From contig JBMORE010000028.1 of assembly GCA_049322255.1 (NCBI GenBank), positions 1-32,768 on the forward strand: a stretch of 32,768 nucleotides of DNA, in the 5' to 3' direction. The notes below the pieces were generated by a model, which worked only from the letters and a program-made list of their open reading frames with translations, made no database searches and was not told the DNA's origin. The DNA comes from Myxococcota bacterium. GTDB lineage: Bacteria; Myxococcota; Myxococcia; Myxococcales; Myxococcaceae. This document shows, one piece after another, positions 29,501 through 32,768 of the stretch. Numbering within the stretch: position 1 is the stretch's first letter; each line of letters starts with the position of its first letter. A program made the position numbers and the translations under genes.

Positions 29501-30657
29501 TCTCCCGCAGCCCGGCCGCGAACAGCACGGTGGGGACCAACGTCCGCGTCGAGCTGGAGCTCGACGAAGCGCTCGATCCCTCGACGCTGGACGCGGACTC
29601 GCTCCTCTTGAAGGCGGGGAACAGCAGCCTTTTGGCCGCCGTCTGGTACGACGCTCCGGCGAGACGCGCCTACCTGCAGCCGGCAGTGAGCCTGGGCGCA
29701 GGTCCCCATACGGTCGAGCTTTCCGCGACGCGGGTGGCCGACCTGGCGGGGAACCTCGTCGGCAGCGGCGCCACGTACGGCTTCACCGTCAGCACGTCAG
29801 GGCCGTCGGTGGTGGGAGTGACACCGTGCGGAGCCATCGTCGACGTCGATGACTTGGGCACCCAGACCATTCTCATCAGCTTCGACCGCGGCGTGGCGAA
29901 GGTCGGCGGCGGGGCGCTCGACGGCACGGCGGTCAAGCTGCGGCTGAACAACGCCGATGTGGCCGGTGCCGTGGGCCACTCAGCCGGAGCGGCGTCGGCG
30001 CTCGTCACTCCGTCGGTGGCGCTGGCGCCGGGGAGCGTCTATGAGGTGCAGGCGACCACTCAGGTGGTCGATGCGGCCACCAACGCACCCATGGTTTCTC
30101 CTTACAGCTGCACCTTCCGCACCCAGGTCGAGGTGTTTCGCGACAACGTCGATGACCTCTCGACCGCCGGCTACACGGTGGGGGCGGCCCAGGGAGGAAA
30201 TTCCTGGCAGCGAATCAACTCCGTTGACGATGTGCGCAATAGCATCGTCTGGCGCGGAGGGAATTCCAATGACGGTCAAAACTACAGCCGCCACTGCGCA
30301 CTTTCGGCGAATGACTACACAGTGTTCATCGAGAAGCAGATCGACCTGACCGGGCTCAGCCAGGCCGAGGTGCGCTTCGACGAGCTGCACGACATCGCTG
30401 GTACGGCAGGCGATTTGGGACAGGTGTTGGTCGTCCAGGGGGGCACCACCACCGTGCTGGCCTCCTACTCGAGCACCGGGCCGGCGAGCTACTCCCGGGT
30501 GGGAAAGGCCTCGGGCAACCTGAGCGCCTTCGTCGGCTCGACGGTGAAGCTGCGCTTCGAGCTGTTCATCAAGGGGTACTCGGCGCTGGTGTGCGGAGGC
30601 GCCCCCGCCGGGAAGAAGGGCCTGTTCATCGACAACATTCACGTCGTCGGCCACTGA
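26506..30657 (+). CDS. Large surface lipoprotein with 11 Big_5 (SbsA-type Ig-like) repeats and a C-terminal beta-sandwich
   Basis: GGAGG SD then GTG; lipobox TVTAC; repeats P.V....P.DGA..V....I...FSE.MD...D.AGN.L....F.T; C-terminal FRDNVD...W...LRF...FIDNI. Confidence 0.9.
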   Translation: MTSRIAVGLLVLLTVTACPSEPPDPSQLDQTPPSVVSMNPADGATDVARDAKVSVVFSEAVTSESLHITLAQGGNDLAKALLLSPDGKSVTLTPAAPLPEASDITVTVAAGYADAAGNAGAQAAATFTTRSDVPSVVSTTPADGAQNVAVDTAVSAVFSEPMQASTLDETTFFLREGSNSVAATVSYEASTRTARLVPGSNLLEGRVYLATITSAALDSSSTPLAAAKTWTFTTAATVPSVTGVLPLDGAVNVPGNSSIQITFSEPMDPSSLDDTSVLVTAAGSAIPGTRSYDGPSRTLTFQPTGAYPGGAAISLNVTTSATDTSGIPLGQAFQSSFTVSNAPAVSSSIPSPNDTGVALSSTVRLNFSAAMDVTTLVPANVHILDAANAQVAASYTATASDLTMAPTAPLKESTAYTVVVTTNVRSLANVPFVAEYRFSFRTLDVPPTVVAINPADGAQNVPVATKIQVTFDEDMDVASFTSSNLRLSNGAVDVAGTVAALNARTLEFTPGQPLRELASYVVIATSGLRDLAGNGLANEVRSSFRTEPLPRIASVLPAPGEVQVPLRSAIVLTFNKPLDASTVGLTPAGGQSPMAFTLYQGASSIEGGITYDAASRTVRIVRQSSGAAAPWVAGQRYLLEMRGSILKDASGNFLGGRQVTTFVAGASDDVAAPSVVSTSPSNGEIGVARDAVLVASFDEAVDPSTLSTATVRVLDGAAPISGRVEAAVDGRSLRFIPDQPLPAAKALSFVLDTGIKDLSGNAKTLVNTIAFTTQENVAPSVARFDPPNGAIDVKVNRAVRIDFTEPVAAASINLEVLSGASPVPGTLRYDDATRSATFTPTADLPPNASIDLKVKAGLADREGAASTTDATSRFSTVADSSKDVVKPAVSGSAPLNGALGVAARGPLTVTFSEGIDPATALIDHFSITERGGAKVPFGFRYDAANERGVLTPSIPLGAGKTYDVQMGAGIRDLAGNALDAAAGSSTVSFTVDGQAPAIVSRSPAANSTVGTNVRVELELDEALDPSTLDADSLLLKAGNSSLLAAVWYDAPARRAYLQPAVSLGAGPHTVELSATRVADLAGNLVGSGATYGFTVSTSGPSVVGVTPCGAIVDVDDLGTQTILISFDRGVAKVGGGALDGTAVKLRLNNADVAGAVGHSAGAASALVTPSVALAPGSVYEVQATTQVVDAATNAPMVSPYSCTFRTQVEVFRDNVDDLSTAGYTVGAAQGGNSWQRINSVDDVRNSIVWRGGNSNDGQNYSRHCALSANDYTVFIEKQIDLTGLSQAEVRFDELHDIAGTAGDLGQVLVVQGGTTTVLASYSSTGPASYSRVGKASGNLSAFVGSTVKLRFELFIKGYSALVCGGAPAGKKGLFIDNIHVVGH

Positions 30658-30661
30658 AGCG

Positions 30662-31795
30662 GTGGCCTCCAGGCCCCGCCAGGCGCAGCTCGTGCATGGC
30701 TTTCATGTCGTGCCCGAGCTGCAAAACCATTTGGCGCGCTGGGTGGAGGAGCATTTCCCGGGCGCGCGACTGAAGGCGGCCCGCCCGTTGGCTCCCGACA
30801 CGGGAGCGGGGGCAACGGGCAAGGCCGAAGGTTACGGGCAGCCACTGCGGCTGGACCTCGAGCTGGCCGACGGCGGCATCAAGACGCTCGTCTTGCGCAC
30901 CCAGACGGCCAACGAGTTTGGTCACGACCGTCGGGCCGACCGCGCCGCGGGAACGCTCCTCGCCTACGACACCTTCCGTCTCATTCCGCAGCACATCCGC
31001 GCGCTCGACGTGGGAGCCATTCGCCAAGGAGGGCGGCTGCTCTCGCTGGCGGACGCCGGGGAGCTCTATCTGCTCACCGAGTTTGCGCGCGGCGAGCCCT
31101 ACGCGCAGGACCTGCGCCGAGTGGGGGCGGCGGGCGAGGCGAGCGCGCTCGATGTGCGCAGGGCCGAGGCGCTCGCGCTCTACCTCGCACGGCTGCACCA
31201 GCGTCTTCCCGAAAACAGAGCGGCCTATCGCCGTTCAGTGCGCGATCTGGTCGGCCACGGAGAAGGCATCTTCGGCATCGTCGATGGCTATCCGTCAAAG
31301 GTTCCCGCGGCTCCGCCGGAGAGGCTGCGCCGCATCGAAGAGCGCTGCCTTCAATGGCGCTGGCGCCTGCGCTCTTTCGAGCAACGGCTCGCCCGCATCC
31401 ACGGGGACTTTCACCCGTTCAACGTGCTCTTCCAGGAAGACACTCAGTTCGCGCTCCTCGACGCCAGCCGCGGCTGCCAAGGCGACCCGGCCGATGATGT
31501 CACCGCGATGGCGGTGAACTACGTGTTCTTCGCCCTCGATGCCCGACGTGCTTGGAGCCACGGCTTTGGAGTGCTCTGGAGGCGTTTCTTCGACGCCTAT
31601 CTGGGAGCGACCGGGGATCGGCAAATGCTCGAAGCCGCTCCGCCGTACTTCGCCTGGCGCGCGCTGGTGGTGTGCAACCCGCGCTTCTACCCCTCCTTCT
31701 CCGCCCGGGGGCGCGATGCACTGCTTTCCCTGGCGGAGCAGGCGCTGGAGAGCGAAGTCTTTCTCCCCTTGTCCGCGGAGGCGCTCTTCTCGTGA
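30662..31795 (+). CDS. Aminoglycoside-phosphotransferase/choline-kinase-like protein
   Basis: LARLH, Brenner motif IHGDFHPFNVL, LLD, GDPADD; start uncertain. Confidence 0.8.
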   Translation: MASRPRQAQLVHGFHVVPELQNHLARWVEEHFPGARLKAARPLAPDTGAGATGKAEGYGQPLRLDLELADGGIKTLVLRTQTANEFGHDRRADRAAGTLLAYDTFRLIPQHIRALDVGAIRQGGRLLSLADAGELYLLTEFARGEPYAQDLRRVGAAGEASALDVRRAEALALYLARLHQRLPENRAAYRRSVRDLVGHGEGIFGIVDGYPSKVPAAPPERLRRIEERCLQWRWRLRSFEQRLARIHGDFHPFNVLFQEDTQFALLDASRGCQGDPADDVTAMAVNYVFFALDARRAWSHGFGVLWRRFFDAYLGATGDRQMLEAAPPYFAWRALVVCNPRFYPSFSARGRDALLSLAEQALESEVFLPLSAEALFS

Positions 31796-32298
31796 GAGGC
31801 GGCTGGGTGGTGTGGATCACCGGGCGTCCCGCTTCGGGGAAGACCACGCTGGCGAATGCCGTCGCTCGCCGGTTGCGGGGGGCGCACCGGCCGGTGGTGG
31901 TGCTCGACGGAGACGAGGTGCGGCAGGCGCTCCTGCCCAAGCTGGGGTACTCGGATACCGACCGACAGCAGGCGTACGAGCTGCTCGCACGGTTGGGCGC
32001 CCTCTTGGCGCGCCAAGGCTTGGTCGTGCTCGTCTCAGCCACCGCGCACCGTCGCTCCTACCGGGCGCGGGCCAAGGCGCTCGCTCCACGTTTCACCGAG
32101 GTCTTCGTCGATGTCGCCGAGGAGGAGTGCGCGCGGCGTGACGTGAAAGGGCTGTATGCGAAAGCAAAGAGGGGGAGGGCTCCGCGTCTGCCTGGGGTGG
32201 GGGTCGCCTACCAGGCGCCGCTTCGTCCGCGGGTAGTGGCCCGCGGCGGAAAAGACCGGGCCGCGATCGATGGGATTGTGCGCGCCCTCGGCGGATGA
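31792..32298 (+). CDS. Adenylyl-sulfate kinase (CysC)-like P-loop kinase
   Basis: WITGRPASGKTTLA, LDGDEVR, RDVKGLY, PGV...YQAP; GTGA overlap with the upstream kinase. Confidence 0.8.
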   Translation: MRGGWVVWITGRPASGKTTLANAVARRLRGAHRPVVVLDGDEVRQALLPKLGYSDTDRQQAYELLARLGALLARQGLVVLVSATAHRRSYRARAKALAPRFTEVFVDVAEEECARRDVKGLYAKAKRGRAPRLPGVGVAYQAPLRPRVVARGGKDRAAIDGIVRALGG

Positions 32299-32353
32299 AG
32301 CGCAAGAGCCGCGCTGCTGGATTTTCGCAAGACGTGGTGTCTACCTTTGGTCC

Positions 32354-32768
32354 ATGAAGAAAATCCTGGTTGCCGTCGACGGCTCCGATGCTTCGCTTGC
32401 AGGTGTGCGCCTGGCCGCGGAAATCGCTCGCGGGATGCAGGCGCCGCTCGAGCTGGTGTACGTCTGCGCGCCCAACTTGCTCCCCGCTGACGTCTATGCC
32501 GGCGTCATCGCGAAGATAGAAGCTGAAGAGAAGACGTTCGCCCGTATGCTGCTCGAGCGCGCCCAAGGGGAAGCGAAGGGCGTGACGAGCAGCCAGGTGA
32601 TGCTTTCTGGCTCTCCCGCCGAGGCGATCGCCGATCACGCGGAGAGGTCGGACGCATCGATGGTAGTGGTGGGCAGCCGCGGGCGGGGCGCGGTGCAGCG
32701 CGTGCTGCTCGGGAGCGTCGCCGATCGCCTGGTGCGGGTGTGCAAGCGACCGGTGCTGGTGGCGCGGT
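32354..32768 (+). CDS. Universal stress protein (USP); stop codon just beyond the window
   Basis: MKKILVAVDGS...GSPAEAI...VVVGSRGRG....LLGSVADRLVRVCKRPVLVAR; absent from the ORF track because no stop is in the window. Confidence 0.93.
   Translation, partial: MKKILVAVDGSDASLAGVRLAAEIARGMQAPLELVYVCAPNLLPADVYAGVIAKIEAEEKTFARMLLERAQGEAKGVTSSQVMLSGSPAEAIADHAERSDASMVVVGSRGRGAVQRVLLGSVADRLVRVCKRPVLVAR

Noticed and set aside
30662..31795. Antibiotic-resistance aph gene
   Set aside because: Only the generic kinase fold motif is shared; the protein is longer than APH(3') enzymes and has no mobile context

Overview
High-GC bacterial chromosome segment. Gene content and protein style (Cys-rich and DAG/DGG-linker lipoproteins, DUF4388 protein, secreted caspase-like protein, paired ArsA ATPases) point to Myxococcota; this is inference. 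Left part is mostly housekeeping: ruvC (5'-truncated)-ruvA-ruvB plus a coupled all-alpha hypothetical, a stand-alone lpxC behind a sigma54-type promoter, a DsbA-like lipoprotein, DUF4388 protein, pyrF, two envelope proteins, pepA, a degenerate Zn-phospholipase-C-like protein, a ScfR/PrpR-like regulator, an FKBP PPIase, two ArsA-family ATPases, and DUF1015-serC. Right part is more accessory: a small conserved protein, a Cys-rich lipoprotein, a GlsB/YeaQ membrane protein, and a PA0069/SplB-like radical SAM gene with a LexA-like box inside an apparently leaderless sigma70 promoter. Then an ECF sigma/zf-HC2 anti-sigma pair sits divergent from a secreted caspase-like protease, a membrane protein and two Ig-domain lipoproteins (one with 11 Big_5-like repeats). 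The window ends with an APH-like kinase, an APS-kinase-like P-loop kinase and a USP. Three copies of a REP-like palindrome and a 19-bp inverted-repeat element are present. No rRNA, tRNA, CRISPR array, transposase or integrase was seen.
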